A DNA stretch of 64,000 nucleotides from Nanobdellota archaeon (GCA_018816245.1 JAHIVW010000002.1:18314-82313); one strand, 5' to 3'; numbered from the stretch's first letter, positions 28,821 to 38,223 are shown. The notes: generated from the sequence alone by a model not told the origin. Translations and numbers: made by a program.

Positions 28821-29138
28821 ATGAAGCCTGAAACGTACATCAATGCTGTCTTTTTCCTGGTCTTCCTGAACCTTCTTGGTGTCCTCTCCGAACAAACAAC
28901 CTGGAATGTCATTGGGCTCGCGGGGGCCCTTGTATTTGGTTTTCTCTTACTTGTGTACGGGATCCGGGCATCATGGGACTGGAAAAGCGCACGAAAATAT
29001 GGTGCTATTGGTATCATTGCATTTGGGATTGGACTGCTCAGTCAGCTGACCCACTGGGCTGCTCCGGTGACGTGGTTCTTCGTGAGCTACATCCTCCTCA
29101 TCACACTCTCTCGAAGGTACATAAAGCCAAGTGCATAA
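28821..29138 (+). CDS. Small membrane protein
   Basis: Four hydrophobic segments in 105 aa. Confidence 0.6.
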   Translation: MKPETYINAVFFLVFLNLLGVLSEQTTWNVIGLAGALVFGFLLLVYGIRASWDWKSARKYGAIGIIAFGIGLLSQLTHWAAPVTWFFVSYILLITLSRRYIKPSA

Positions 29139-29146
29139 TCCCACCC

Positions 29147-30334
29147 ATGCACTTCCTGATCCAGTACGGCAAGAACCCGGTCCTCTCCCTCGCAGAGATC
29201 GTCACCTATCTCGCAACGAGATCGATCCGGTTTACGTTGCTCAAGCACACTGACCGCTACTGTCTGCTCGATGCAGCAGCACTTCCATCAACCACAATTG
29301 ACGATCTCGGTGGCTCCTTGATGATCGTCCATCTTTTCGATCCAATCGAAGAACTCACGTTTGAAACATTCGACAATCTCAATTTCTTTCACGAAGCAAT
29401 CAAAGGGACCAAAACAGACAAGATCTCCTTCGCGTTTGTTGGATTCGGTGACACCGACCTCGCACTTTCAGTGTTGCAGGACTATGTCAAGGAACGAGCC
29501 AAACAAGAACGTATCCGTTATTTGTGGATCAACAAAAGCAAGGGCGAAAGTTTTCATGGCAGTTTCTCCCGGGCAGCATCACGGAAAGAAAGCGTCCAGA
29601 TTGTTGCATACGAAGAAAGGGGAGCAGTCCGAATCGGGTATGCAACTGGTGTTCATGATCCGTTTGCATTTCGCCATCGTGACTTAGGAAGACCAGAACA
29701 GCGATCAATTTACTCAATTCCTCCGCGGCTTGCACGCATTCTCCTGAACTTGGCACGCATCCAACCGACCAGTACAATTGTTGACCCGTTCTGCGGCATT
29801 GGCGGTATTCTCCAAGAGGCAGCACTCCTTGGCGCACGCGCCTATGGATTTGATGTAAACGGAAAAATTATCCCGAAGGCACAGGCAAACATCGACTGGC
29901 TTGCCAAGGAAGTAGGTATTGACAGAAATCAGGTGAAACTCGCGCAAAGTGAAGTGAACGACCTTTCGAAAAAATGCAAGCTAGGAACGATTGACGCAGT
30001 CGTGACCGAACCATACATGGGGCCACCACTCCGAGGAAGACCGAACCGAGAACAATCGAATGCCATTCTTGACGAGCTCAAGCCGCTCTATGCAGCACTT
30101 ATTCGGGAGGCTGGGAAGATCCTCAGACAAGGCGGCCGTGCCGTGATCGTTGGTCCCAGCTTTATGTTGAAGAAGAAATTGGTCGGCCTTCCCTTTGACC
30201 ACTTCGCGAAGCAGGCAGGAATGAAGGTCGTAAACCCTCTAGCTGGCCAGCCCGTGGATGCGAGTGTCCCATTCGCTGACTTCACGGACCGCCACCGGAC
30301 GATCCGGCAGATCTGGGTGCTCGAGAAGCAGTAA
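29147..30334 (+). CDS. Trm11/UPF0020-like SAM-dependent RNA methyltransferase
   Basis: SIPPRLARILLNL, VDPFCGIGG, VTEPYMG. Confidence 0.8.
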   Translation: MHFLIQYGKNPVLSLAEIVTYLATRSIRFTLLKHTDRYCLLDAAALPSTTIDDLGGSLMIVHLFDPIEELTFETFDNLNFFHEAIKGTKTDKISFAFVGFGDTDLALSVLQDYVKERAKQERIRYLWINKSKGESFHGSFSRAASRKESVQIVAYEERGAVRIGYATGVHDPFAFRHRDLGRPEQRSIYSIPPRLARILLNLARIQPTSTIVDPFCGIGGILQEAALLGARAYGFDVNGKIIPKAQANIDWLAKEVGIDRNQVKLAQSEVNDLSKKCKLGTIDAVVTEPYMGPPLRGRPNREQSNAILDELKPLYAALIREAGKILRQGGRAVIVGPSFMLKKKLVGLPFDHFAKQAGMKVVNPLAGQPVDASVPFADFTDRHRTIRQIWVLEKQ

Positions 30335-30375
30335 TATAAGCTTTGGTTCCCACAGATACTCCGGAGGAGTGTGGT

Positions 30376-30672
30376 ATGGCGATTCAAGTTGCAAGTGTTT
30401 CTGAAACCTGGATGAAAGACGTCTTCACGACTAAGGGTCTCTACTGCGGCAAGGTCGAGGATGTTGAATGCGACCTTCGGCGCTTCAAGATGAAGGCCAT
30501 CGTGATCAAGGCGGTCAAGGGCTCCTACCTCACTGAGATGCTCGGCGGCAAGAAGGGACTGATTGTTCCGTTCCCCATGGTCGACGCAATCGGTGACGTG
30601 ATCCTGATCAAGCACATCAGCACCCCGGTGCACGAAGGCTCAGGCGAAGGCGCAGAACCAACGAACGACTGA
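30376..30672 (+). CDS. PRC-barrel protein (CdpB-like cell-division family)
   Basis: KDVFTTKG.YCGKVED, KKGLIVPFPMVDAIGDVILI; GGAGG SD. Confidence 0.8.
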   Translation: MAIQVASVSETWMKDVFTTKGLYCGKVEDVECDLRRFKMKAIVIKAVKGSYLTEMLGGKKGLIVPFPMVDAIGDVILIKHISTPVHEGSGEGAEPTND

Positions 30673-30673
30673 T

Positions 30674-31645
30674 TTACGCGGGAATCTTCCGGGTGAGTAT
30701 TTCCTTTCCCCTGTTCTTCATGAGGATCATATCTTCGTAGCGGCAGCCACCGAATTTTTTCACGTAGATGCCCGGTTCGACGGTGACGACATTCCCTGGC
30801 TTCAGTTCGGTAAACGATTCGTGGACACTCAATCCAATACCATGCCCAAAGGCGTGCTGGACAGAATATCGTTTCCTCTTAGCGAGCTGCTCGTAGAATG
30901 CCTGGATATCGTTGAACGTTTTCCCAATCTCAAGAACATCAATGATTTGTTGTTGAATGTTGGAGACATCCTCAAGCAACTGGTTTTCTCTTTTCCCCGG
31001 CTTGGTGCACCACATTCTCGTTGTATCTGAACAGTAGCCGTGTACCTTTGCCCCGAAATCGAAGATAACCAAATCCGTCTTTTTGGGACGATAGGATCCC
31101 GGCGTGTGGTGAATAAAGTTCCCACTGTTCGTTCCGCCTGCAACAATTGTTTGGAATGCAGGAACAGCGCCTTGCCTGAAGACCTGCTGATCAAATTGCT
31201 GTGCGATCATTGCTTCTGTTCCACTAAGCCGTGTTTTCTTGTATGCCTTTGCAGCGATTCGAATTGTTTGTCTAATCAATTCAATTTCCTTTGCTGACTT
31301 TATTTCTCGCGGTTTTTTTATCGATCCAGCAGCCTTCACGAGTTTTGTTTTCTTTTTCAGGAGAAGGAACGTGCTCGTTCTCAATGTCGTCTCATCAAAC
31401 GCGACCGTTTTCTCGGAAAGTGTTTTCAAGAGTGTGCCGACAGGTTTGACACGTACAGCAGCACGGACTTTTCCAACAAGCGGAGAAACAAAAAGCGCCG
31501 GTTTTCCGTGCGAAACCACCAAGAAATACTGCTCATCGTCAGTGGGTTGGTAGCCGGTATAATAGAAAACATCTTCCGGTGACGAGAGGAGTATCGTTCC
31601 TGCGTCAACGGATTTCCTGAGCGCTGCAACGCGCGCTGCAAACAT
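30674..31645 (-). CDS. Xaa-Pro peptidase (M24 family)
   Basis: DFGA..GYCSDTTR, HAFGHGIGLSVHE, TVEPGIY, RYEDM. Confidence 0.92.
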   Translation of the reverse strand: MFAARVAALRKSVDAGTILLSSPEDVFYYTGYQPTDDEQYFLVVSHGKPALFVSPLVGKVRAAVRVKPVGTLLKTLSEKTVAFDETTLRTSTFLLLKKKTKLVKAAGSIKKPREIKSAKEIELIRQTIRIAAKAYKKTRLSGTEAMIAQQFDQQVFRQGAVPAFQTIVAGGTNSGNFIHHTPGSYRPKKTDLVIFDFGAKVHGYCSDTTRMWCTKPGKRENQLLEDVSNIQQQIIDVLEIGKTFNDIQAFYEQLAKRKRYSVQHAFGHGIGLSVHESFTELKPGNVVTVEPGIYVKKFGGCRYEDMILMKNRGKEILTRKIPA

Positions 31646-31672
31646 GATCTTCTTATACCAATCTGGGAATAA

Positions 31673-32338
31673 ATGTTCATGCTTCGGATAGGCCTTGCGT
31701 CGCTGCTCAGGAATGCGCGCCTTCAGAAATCAGTTGTCTCGCTTATCCAGCGTGGCGGCGTGGTCATTTATCCGACAGATACTGTGTATGGTATCGGCTG
31801 TGATGCAACAAATGCTGAGGCTGTCCAGAGGCTCCATAAAACAAAAGAATCGCCCAGAACGAAGCCGCTCTCGGTCATTGCTCCTTCAAAGTCATGGATC
31901 ATCAAAAATACGAAGGCCAAGGCCGCTGATCTCCGCCTGCTTCCTGGGCCCTACACCCTTCTCCTTCATAAGAAACGGCCAGCATTCCTGAAACATGTTG
32001 CTCCTGGAACAACGCTTGGGGTGCGTATTCCAGACCATCCAATTTCTCGGCTGGTGAAACTGATCGGTGTCCCTCTCATCACAACAAGCGCGAACAAATC
32101 AAATCAATCGCTGATGACAAACATGAAAACCATTCCCTTTGAGAAGGGCGTCCAGATCGTGATCAACGGCGGATCGCTGAAGAAGAAGCCGAGCACGATC
32201 ATTGACTTGACGGGGAAGGAACCGGTTGTGATCGAGCGAACCAATAAAAAGCAGCAGGTAAAGAAGAGGCATGCGACTCGTGCTCGGACTGCTCGCGCTC
32301 ATCGTGTTCATCGCCGGGTGCACCGCAAGCGGAGGTGA
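31673..32338 (+). CDS. tsaC: Threonylcarbamoyl-AMP synthase (TsaC/YrdC single domain)
   Basis: [39 protein letters not shown]. Confidence 0.9.
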   Translation: MFMLRIGLASLLRNARLQKSVVSLIQRGGVVIYPTDTVYGIGCDATNAEAVQRLHKTKESPRTKPLSVIAPSKSWIIKNTKAKAADLRLLPGPYTLLLHKKRPAFLKHVAPGTTLGVRIPDHPISRLVKLIGVPLITTSANKSNQSLMTNMKTIPFEKGVQIVINGGSLKKKPSTIIDLTGKEPVVIERTNKKQQVKKRHATRARTARAHRVHRRVHRKRR

Positions 32339-32804
32339 CGGCATGACGACAGCAACGTTTGAAACAACCAAGGGAACATTTACCGTAGAATTGTTTACAG
32401 ACAAAGCACCGAATACGACGGCAAACTTCATCAAACTTGCGAAAGATGGATTTTATGACGGGACAATCTTCCACCGCGTGATCGATGGTTTTATGATTCA
32501 AGGTGGTGATCCGACGGGCACCGGCATGGGTGGCCCGGGATACATGATTCAGGACGAATTCCACCCAGACTTGAAGCACGACGGACCAGGGACCCTCTCC
32601 ATGGCGAATGCTGGCCCGAACACCGGTGGATCGCAATTCTTCATTACTGTTGCCGCGACACCGTGGCTGGACGGGAAGCATGCGGTGTTCGGTAAGGTGA
32701 CCGACGGGTTGGACGTCGTCATGGAGATCAGCAAGGTGCAGACAGACGCGAACGACCGGCCGGTTGAAGAAGTGAAAATCACGAAGCTGACTGTCAAAGA
32801 GTAG
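32271..32804 (+). CDS. Cyclophilin-type peptidyl-prolyl isomerase, probably with lipoprotein signal (alternative start 32343)
   Basis: [41 protein letters not shown]; upstream LIVFIAGC lipobox. Confidence 0.92.
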   Translation: MRLVLGLLALIVFIAGCTASGGDGMTTATFETTKGTFTVELFTDKAPNTTANFIKLAKDGFYDGTIFHRVIDGFMIQGGDPTGTGMGGPGYMIQDEFHPDLKHDGPGTLSMANAGPNTGGSQFFITVAATPWLDGKHAVFGKVTDGLDVVMEISKVQTDANDRPVEEVKITKLTVKE

Positions 32805-32806
32805 CT

Positions 32807-32890
32807 ATGGCATGGAAACGGATCCTCATCTACATCATTGTACTCTTGATTATCTTTTTCGTTGTGCTGCCGTTGATGCAGGTGGTATAG
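32807..32890 (+). CDS. 27-aa single-TM small protein MAWKRILIYIIVLLIIFFVVLPLMQVV (absent from ORF track)
   Basis: ATG 2 nt after the cyclophilin stop; exactly fills the gap to tRNA-Ser; KR plus a 20-aa hydrophobic helix. Confidence 0.55.
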   Translation: MAWKRILIYIIVLLIIFFVVLPLMQVV

Positions 32891-32892
32891 GA

Positions 32893-33058
32893 CGCCGGCG
32901 GCAGGAGTCGAACCTACACGTCCTTTCGGACACCAGATATCCAGATGGTTGCTCTTCACGTCCGCCGTTATCCGAGTCAAGCCAAGCGATCATCGAGCCG
33001 AAGCCCTCGCCATATCTGATTCTCAAGTCTGGCGCGTTAGCCATTCCGCCACGCCGGC
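32893..33058 (-). tRNA. tRNA-Ser(UGA) with an 83-nt intron at 37/38 (intron 32939-33021)
   Basis: GCCGGCG/CGCCGGC acceptor, CCAGA-CT-TGA-G[intron]A-TCTGG, long variable arm GTCCGAAAGGAC, G73; relaxed BHB. Confidence 0.88.
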
Positions 33059-33110
33059 TGTGCACACGTTTTGGGCGTTGCTATTTAAGTGTGCACCGGA
33101 GAGTCTGTCC

Positions 33111-33767
33111 ATGGGACGAATTATCCTCATTTCAACATCGCACGTTGCACAGGACAGCGCGAAGGCCGTCAAACTCATGGTCGAGCGCGAGCAACCACAG
33201 TGCATTGCTGTCGAACTCGACCCGCTCCGCTATCAAGCCATGGAGGCAGGTATCGAAGCACCCAAACGGGAGGTGCTCCGCTCCTTTGGACCTGCGGTCG
33301 GTTCCCTCCTCCTGATCCTTCGCTATGCCCAAAAAAAGATCGGACGAAAACTTGGTGTCCTTGCAGGCATTGACATGCGCGCCGGTGTGGACGCTGCCCG
33401 AGAGGCGAAGATCCCGGTCGCATTTATCGATCAGGACATTCGCTTGACAGCACTCAGATTGCGAACCCTTCCGCGGAGGGAATTTCTCAGGATCTTTGGC
33501 TATCTCTTGTTTGGGTTGCCGGCGGCATTGATAATGAAAGAAAATATCATTGAGCAGGTTCCCGACCAACCAACGGTTGCCGAGGCCATGGCCTTCATGA
33601 AACTGAAGCTCCCGAACTTGCATCGGGTCTTGGTGGAAGAGCGGAATAGGACCATGGCGCAACGATTGGCAAAACTTTCGTTGCGGTACGATCCTCTTGT
33701 TGCTGTTGTTGGAGCCGGACACACCGAAGGGATTAAGAAACTGCTTGCGCAACCGATTGTTGCTTAA
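33111..33767 (+). CDS. TraB/GumN-family protein
   Basis: STSHVA..S, IAVELDP.R, Q.KIG..LGV..G.DM, IDQDI, LVEERN, AVVGAGH. Confidence 0.87.
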   Translation: MGRIILISTSHVAQDSAKAVKLMVEREQPQCIAVELDPLRYQAMEAGIEAPKREVLRSFGPAVGSLLLILRYAQKKIGRKLGVLAGIDMRAGVDAAREAKIPVAFIDQDIRLTALRLRTLPRREFLRIFGYLLFGLPAALIMKENIIEQVPDQPTVAEAMAFMKLKLPNLHRVLVEERNRTMAQRLAKLSLRYDPLVAVVGAGHTEGIKKLLAQPIVA

Positions 33768-34429
33768 TTTCCAAACCGCCGCTTCTGTTCCTTGTACCAC
33801 ACTAAGATTTCGTCGAACTCTTTCTTCGTGAACTCCGGCCACATGCTTTTCGAGAACCAGATCTCCGCATAGCTTGACTGGTACAGCATGAAGTTCGACA
33901 ACCGGTGTTGGTCTCCGGTCCGGATCAGCAAGTCAACCGGCTCCCGAACGAGCAGGAACTTGTCCAACTGTTCCAACGGTCGCTTGGCAACCTTCTTGAC
34001 CGCGCTCGCAATCTCAAACTTCGAACCATAAGCAATGAGTACGTTCAACAAAATTTTACTGTACTGTTTTGTTGAATTGATAGCGTGCTTGACTGCCTCG
34101 TTCAAGTCAGGATGCCACATATTCTTGTCTCCCAATACCCGGATCCGGATCTGCTTCTCCTTGACCTTGGGATCTCGGGCAAACTCATTAATCGTTTGTG
34201 TGTACAGATCCCAAAGATTCTCGACCTCTTCATCAGATCGATGGAGATTTTCAGTTGAAAGTCCGTAAATCGTGACCGTCTTGATCTCCGGATATTCGAG
34301 ACACCAATCGAGGAACTCAGAAATTTTCTTCTTCCCTTCCCAGTGTCCGACTGCAACCGGCAGGCCTTTTTGCTTGGCGTATCGCCGGTTTCCGTCAGGG
34401 ATTAAACCTATGTGAATTCCTTTAGCCAT
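33764..34429 (-). CDS. uppS: cis-prenyltransferase (UppS family)
   Basis: HIGLIPDGNRRYA, LSTENLHR, DLLIRTG..RLSNFMLYQ.SYAE. Confidence 0.93.
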   Translation of the reverse strand: MAKGIHIGLIPDGNRRYAKQKGLPVAVGHWEGKKKISEFLDWCLEYPEIKTVTIYGLSTENLHRSDEEVENLWDLYTQTINEFARDPKVKEKQIRIRVLGDKNMWHPDLNEAVKHAINSTKQYSKILLNVLIAYGSKFEIASAVKKVAKRPLEQLDKFLLVREPVDLLIRTGDQHRLSNFMLYQSSYAEIWFSKSMWPEFTKKEFDEILVWYKEQKRRFGN

Positions 34430-34463
34430 ATGTCCGCTCTAGAGAGTATAGGTAGATATACCT

Positions 34464-35300
34464 TTAGTCATAGAAGAGCATGAGCTCGTCGATCCGATTG
34501 TCTGCAGAAGGATGCACAACAAAAAACTGATTGAACCAGCTCCTCCCAAAGGGATTGGCAAACCACATATGCGCATTTGCGTTTCCACCAGCACTCGGTT
34601 GCTCAAGAATTTTCTTGTTGATCTTCCGGATCGCAGATGCAAGCGAATCAGGATATTGTAGCACAAGCATGGCACGATAATCTGCCTTGAATGTGTCCTT
34701 CGGTGAGATTGTGATATGCACGAGGATCGCTGCAAACGGGACAATCAGCAACGCGGCAATCGCGCTCAGAAGCCCTTTCTGTTTGTTGGTATTCCTATAT
34801 TTGAGATACCCGTATACAAAAGCACGGCTTGCGATCGCAGAGAGTGGTGCAGTGAGAAATGCGACCACGTTGCGTGCAACTGTCGTACAGGTGGCGATGT
34901 GCTCTATTTCGTGGGCAAGCACCGCCTCGATCTCATGATCATCAAGCTGTTCCATGAGCCCGGTCGTGAGCGCAATCGAGCTCCGGTCCCTGCTCCAAGC
35001 AACAGAAAACGCATTAGGAAGGTTGCTGTCCATGAAGTAGAGTCGCGGAACCTCGATATGGCGATTCAGGGCCTGTCGCGCAGCGAGTTCTGTGATCACT
35101 GGATCATCAAGGGGAACTGCCTTGGAGGTCCAGAGCAAGTATCGAGGACCAGCAACATACGCGAGGACGAGGAGTCCTGCAGTCATCCCTGCTGCTGCGA
35201 GGAGGCCGATGGTCCCGGCAAGGAAAAAGCCGACTGCTCCGAACATGAGCCAGAGTGTGAGTCCTAGCGTCATGACCGTAAACGCGTTCATGGTCTTCAT
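34464..35300 (-). CDS. htpX: HtpX-like M48 membrane protease (possibly degenerate)
   Basis: PNAF, TTGL..L..EIEAVLAHEIEH, LASAIRKI, F.VHPS..RI. Confidence 0.8.
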   Translation of the reverse strand: MKTMNAFTVMTLGLTLWLMFGAVGFFLAGTIGLLAAAGMTAGLLVLAYVAGPRYLLWTSKAVPLDDPVITELAARQALNRHIEVPRLYFMDSNLPNAFSVAWSRDRSSIALTTGLMEQLDDHEIEAVLAHEIEHIATCTTVARNVVAFLTAPLSAIASRAFVYGYLKYRNTNKQKGLLSAIAALLIVPFAAILVHITISPKDTFKADYRAMLVLQYPDSLASAIRKINKKILEQPSAGGNANAHMWFANPFGRSWFNQFFVVHPSADNRIDELMLFYD

Positions 35301-35346
35301 CACAGGGGAGTAGCATTTAAACGTTTGCCCTAACCTCGCAGAAGCG

Positions 35347-35964
35347 TTATGCGTCGGATGCTGGCTCGCACTTCGCTGCAGAGACCGTAATGCTGTTTAG
35401 GAGGTCATACCACTTGTTCCAATCCCTGCTCGCATCTTCATCGAACGAGTATGATGTGAGGCCCGAACCAGGACCAATTTGTATATCAACAAGTGAAGCT
35501 GAAAGACAAATAGTTACAATATCATGACCAATAGGCAGCGTTTCATGCTGTATCCCCTGATTGGAACATTGGACAGGTGGTTGGTAATAGTTCGCAGTCT
35601 CGTCGATGCATCCAGCAGAACTGAGTGTTGCGGTCGTTGTGCTTCCTGATGAACCACCCTCCCCTTTCCTTGACGGGGTTGTGTGGGCTATCCCAGAATC
35701 TACGACGACGAAGCAGGTGGTTAGTCCGTTATAGGTAAACGAGGATATCGCGTATGATGCTGTCCTTGGGTTCAATCCATCATCGAAATCTACACAATGT
35801 CGTATAGACCTCTGGGTAGGTTGATCAGAAGGGACTGCCTGTTTCCCAGCAGTCACATCAAACCCAGCCAACCCAAACTGGAATGCAAGAAACAGGATCC
35901 CGACGACTGCTGCAAAAAGAACGAGAGAGACTGTACCTCTTGGTTCACGTTTCCGCGCTCTCAT
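35347..35964 (-). CDS. Membrane-anchored hypothetical protein
   Basis: Basic N-terminus, TM helix, CVDFDDG motif, several Cys. Confidence 0.6.
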   Translation of the reverse strand: MRARKREPRGTVSLVLFAAVVGILFLAFQFGLAGFDVTAGKQAVPSDQPTQRSIRHCVDFDDGLNPRTASYAISSFTYNGLTTCFVVVDSGIAHTTPSRKGEGGSSGSTTTATLSSAGCIDETANYYQPPVQCSNQGIQHETLPIGHDIVTICLSASLVDIQIGPGSGLTSYSFDEDASRDWNKWYDLLNSITVSAAKCEPASDA

Positions 35965-36049
35965 TGTATTTTATTTACTCCGTATTGCTTATAAACCCAG
36001 GATGGCAGCAGATACGTGCTTTTCAAGGCGGTGCTCCTACTTAGAGCAC

Positions 36050-36121
36050 GGGCCGGTAGATCAATGGTAGATCGCCACCTTGGCATGGTGGAGGCTCCGG
36101 GTTCAAGTCCCGGCCGGTCCA
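36050..36121 (+). tRNA. tRNA-Ala(GGC)
   Basis: Same body as tRNA-Ala(CGC) with G3:U70; CCACC-TT-GGC-AT-GGTGG. Confidence 0.95.
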
Positions 36122-36585
36122 TCAAAAGAGCGTTTTATCCACGATACGATCTTCTGGACCGTTGTTTTAGCATTGGTTGTTTCAACGTCGAGGAGGGGGA
36201 GATTCCGTTCATATGCCTCAGCAAGGATCACTTCCATGATCTCTGCCTCAAGGTTTTCTGCGATCTTCTTTTCCGGCCAGTTCCGCTGCTCCATCCGGGA
36301 GCGGAGTTCCTTCTGGTCACAGCGCAGGACAACAATCCCGTTGCAGGGCATGTCGTGTGCGTAATGCGATTCAATGATAAGGTTCCTAGAGCGTTTTTTG
36401 ATTTCGTTTGCGAGTTTCTCAAGGTCAACAATTTTCGAATCTCGGTCCTTGTCAGTACCAAGGTAGAAATTCTTTTCTGCAGCAAGGTCGTTCAGGGAGA
36501 CATACTCCCAGCCGAGTTCCTTCGCGACCACCTTCGCAGTCTCCGTCTTTCCCGTGCAGGGCGTGCCCGTTATTGCGATGATCAT
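36103..36585 (-). CDS. AK6/Fap7-family adenylate kinase/ATPase
   Basis: ITGTPCTGKT, IIESH, VLRC..LRSR..R.W..KI.ENLEAE. Confidence 0.9.
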   Translation of the reverse strand: MIIAITGTPCTGKTETAKVVAKELGWEYVSLNDLAAEKNFYLGTDKDRDSKIVDLEKLANEIKKRSRNLIIESHYAHDMPCNGIVVLRCDQKELRSRMEQRNWPEKKIAENLEAEIMEVILAEAYERNLPLLDVETTNAKTTVQKIVSWIKRSFDGPAGT

Positions 36586-36623
36586 GACCTCCCTTTTAAA
36601 GTTGGGTGTATAAGAACCACTGC

Positions 36624-37562
36624 ATGACCACCGTGTGGACAGAGACGTATCGGCCACGAAAACTCGACGAGATTATCGGCCAGCAGCATATTATTTCCCG
36701 GCTCAAGGCCTGGGTTAAGGAGAAGACGATTCCCAATATGCTCTTTGCCGGTCCTGCGGGCGTTGGGAAGACAACAACGGCACTCGCGCTTGCACGAGAG
36801 CTGTTCGGCGATCACTGGCGAGACAATTTCCAGGAGACAAATGCGAGCGACGACCGCGGGATCAATGTGGTGCGCGGGCGGATCAAGGAGTTCGCATCCA
36901 CCAAACCAATCGGTGCTGGTTTCAAGATTGTATTCCTCGACGAAAGCGATGCTCTGACATCAGAAGCGCAGCAGGCCCTGCGCCGCACCATTGAAAAACA
37001 TGCAGGGGTGTGCCGGTTCATTCTTTCCTGTAACTATTCAAATCGAATTATCGAACCCATTCAGTCGCGGACGGCTGTTTTCCGGTTCAAGCGACTTGAT
37101 CAGAAAGACGTTGAAACGTACCTGCAACGGATCGTTGCTGGAGAGAAATTGAAAGCAGCAAAGGAAGGATTGCAGGCAATTATTAATGTGACCGAAGGCG
37201 ACCTTCGGAAGGCAACCAATCTGCTGCAAGCAGCCGCGGCAGTCGGGTCTGTCGACAAGAGCACGGTGCTTGACGTTGCTGCCCGGGCAGAACCAGAAGA
37301 CGTCAAGAAGATGATGGAACTCGCGCGCGACGGGAAATTCACTGAAGCGCGGAAACGATTGCATGACCTCCTCATTGTGCAAGGATTCTCCGGAGAGGAC
37401 ATCGTGAAGGAAGTGCATCGGTCTTTGCTCACGATTACGTGTCCTGAGGAGAAGCGACTCGACCTGCTTGCGGTTCTCGGTGAAACTGAGTTCCGGTTGA
37501 CGCAGGGCAGCTCGCCGGACATCCAGCTGGAAGCGTTTCTGGCGCAGATGGGGAAGAAGTAA
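36624..37562 (+). CDS. rfcS: Replication factor C small subunit
   Basis: WTETYRP, GPAGVGKTT, NASDDRGI, LDESDALT..AQQALRR, LSCNY, IQSR, GDLR. Confidence 0.95.
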   Translation: MTTVWTETYRPRKLDEIIGQQHIISRLKAWVKEKTIPNMLFAGPAGVGKTTTALALARELFGDHWRDNFQETNASDDRGINVVRGRIKEFASTKPIGAGFKIVFLDESDALTSEAQQALRRTIEKHAGVCRFILSCNYSNRIIEPIQSRTAVFRFKRLDQKDVETYLQRIVAGEKLKAAKEGLQAIINVTEGDLRKATNLLQAAAAVGSVDKSTVLDVAARAEPEDVKKMMELARDGKFTEARKRLHDLLIVQGFSGEDIVKEVHRSLLTITCPEEKRLDLLAVLGETEFRLTQGSSPDIQLEAFLAQMGKK

Positions 37563-37593
37563 TACATTTAACTGTTCTTTATAATAGGTCCTC

Positions 37594-38223
37594 ATGCGTC
37601 TGCTTGTCTTCGGCCAGCAAGGTTCGGGAAAGGGAACCCAGGCCAAGCTCCTTGCCGAGCATTTGAAAATTCCCCACATTTCGACCGGCGATCTTGTCCG
37701 GGAAGAGATCATGAAGGATACGGATCTCGGAAACAAGATCAGTAGCCTCGTCGAACGGGGTGTCCTCGTTCCAGATGCATTGATTCTTGAACTGCTGAGA
37801 CAGCGACTCTCCAAACCTGATGCGCTCAAAGGATTCATCCTTGACGGCTTCCCGAGAAACGAACAACAACAGCAGACGCTCGACAAGCTCACCCAGATTG
37901 ATGTTGCACTCTTCCTTCATATTCCAGAAACAGTTGCAACTGAGCGACTTTCCGCCCGGCGTACCTGCCGGGGCTGCGGGAAGATCTACGGGAAGGATCG
38001 GCCACCGAAATTACCGGGCCGCTGCGACGCGTGCGGCAACGAACTCTACCAACGTGCGGACGACTGGCCAGATGCTATCAAGCAACGCTTCAAAATCTTC
38101 CGGGAAGAAACTATGCCGGTCATCCGGGCATATCAATCACAAGGAAAGCTCGTTCAGATCAACGCTGACCAAAGCGTTGAATCGGTCTTTATGCAAATCA
38201 AACAAGCATTGAAGCTCGGGTGA
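37594..38223 (+). CDS. adk: Adenylate kinase (bacterial-type with Zn lid)
   Basis: GQQGSGKGTQ, HISTGDL, GFILDGFPR, CRGC..CDAC, QRADD. Confidence 0.92.
   Translation: MRLLVFGQQGSGKGTQAKLLAEHLKIPHISTGDLVREEIMKDTDLGNKISSLVERGVLVPDALILELLRQRLSKPDALKGFILDGFPRNEQQQQTLDKLTQIDVALFLHIPETVATERLSARRTCRGCGKIYGKDRPPKLPGRCDACGNELYQRADDWPDAIKQRFKIFREETMPVIRAYQSQGKLVQINADQSVESVFMQIKQALKLG

Noticed and set aside
15170..36121. Near-identical tRNA-Ala copies as attL/attR of a 21-kb element
   Set aside because: Both are complete isoacceptors with different anticodon arms, and the interval is mostly housekeeping genes.
6570..36627. ORF-track extensions running through tRNAs (6570-7049, 9011-9835, 32949-33767, 36016-36627) and long antisense ORFs such as 27056-27805
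   Set aside because: They overlap tRNAs or shadow well-supported genes on the opposite strand; starts were trimmed or the ORFs discarded.
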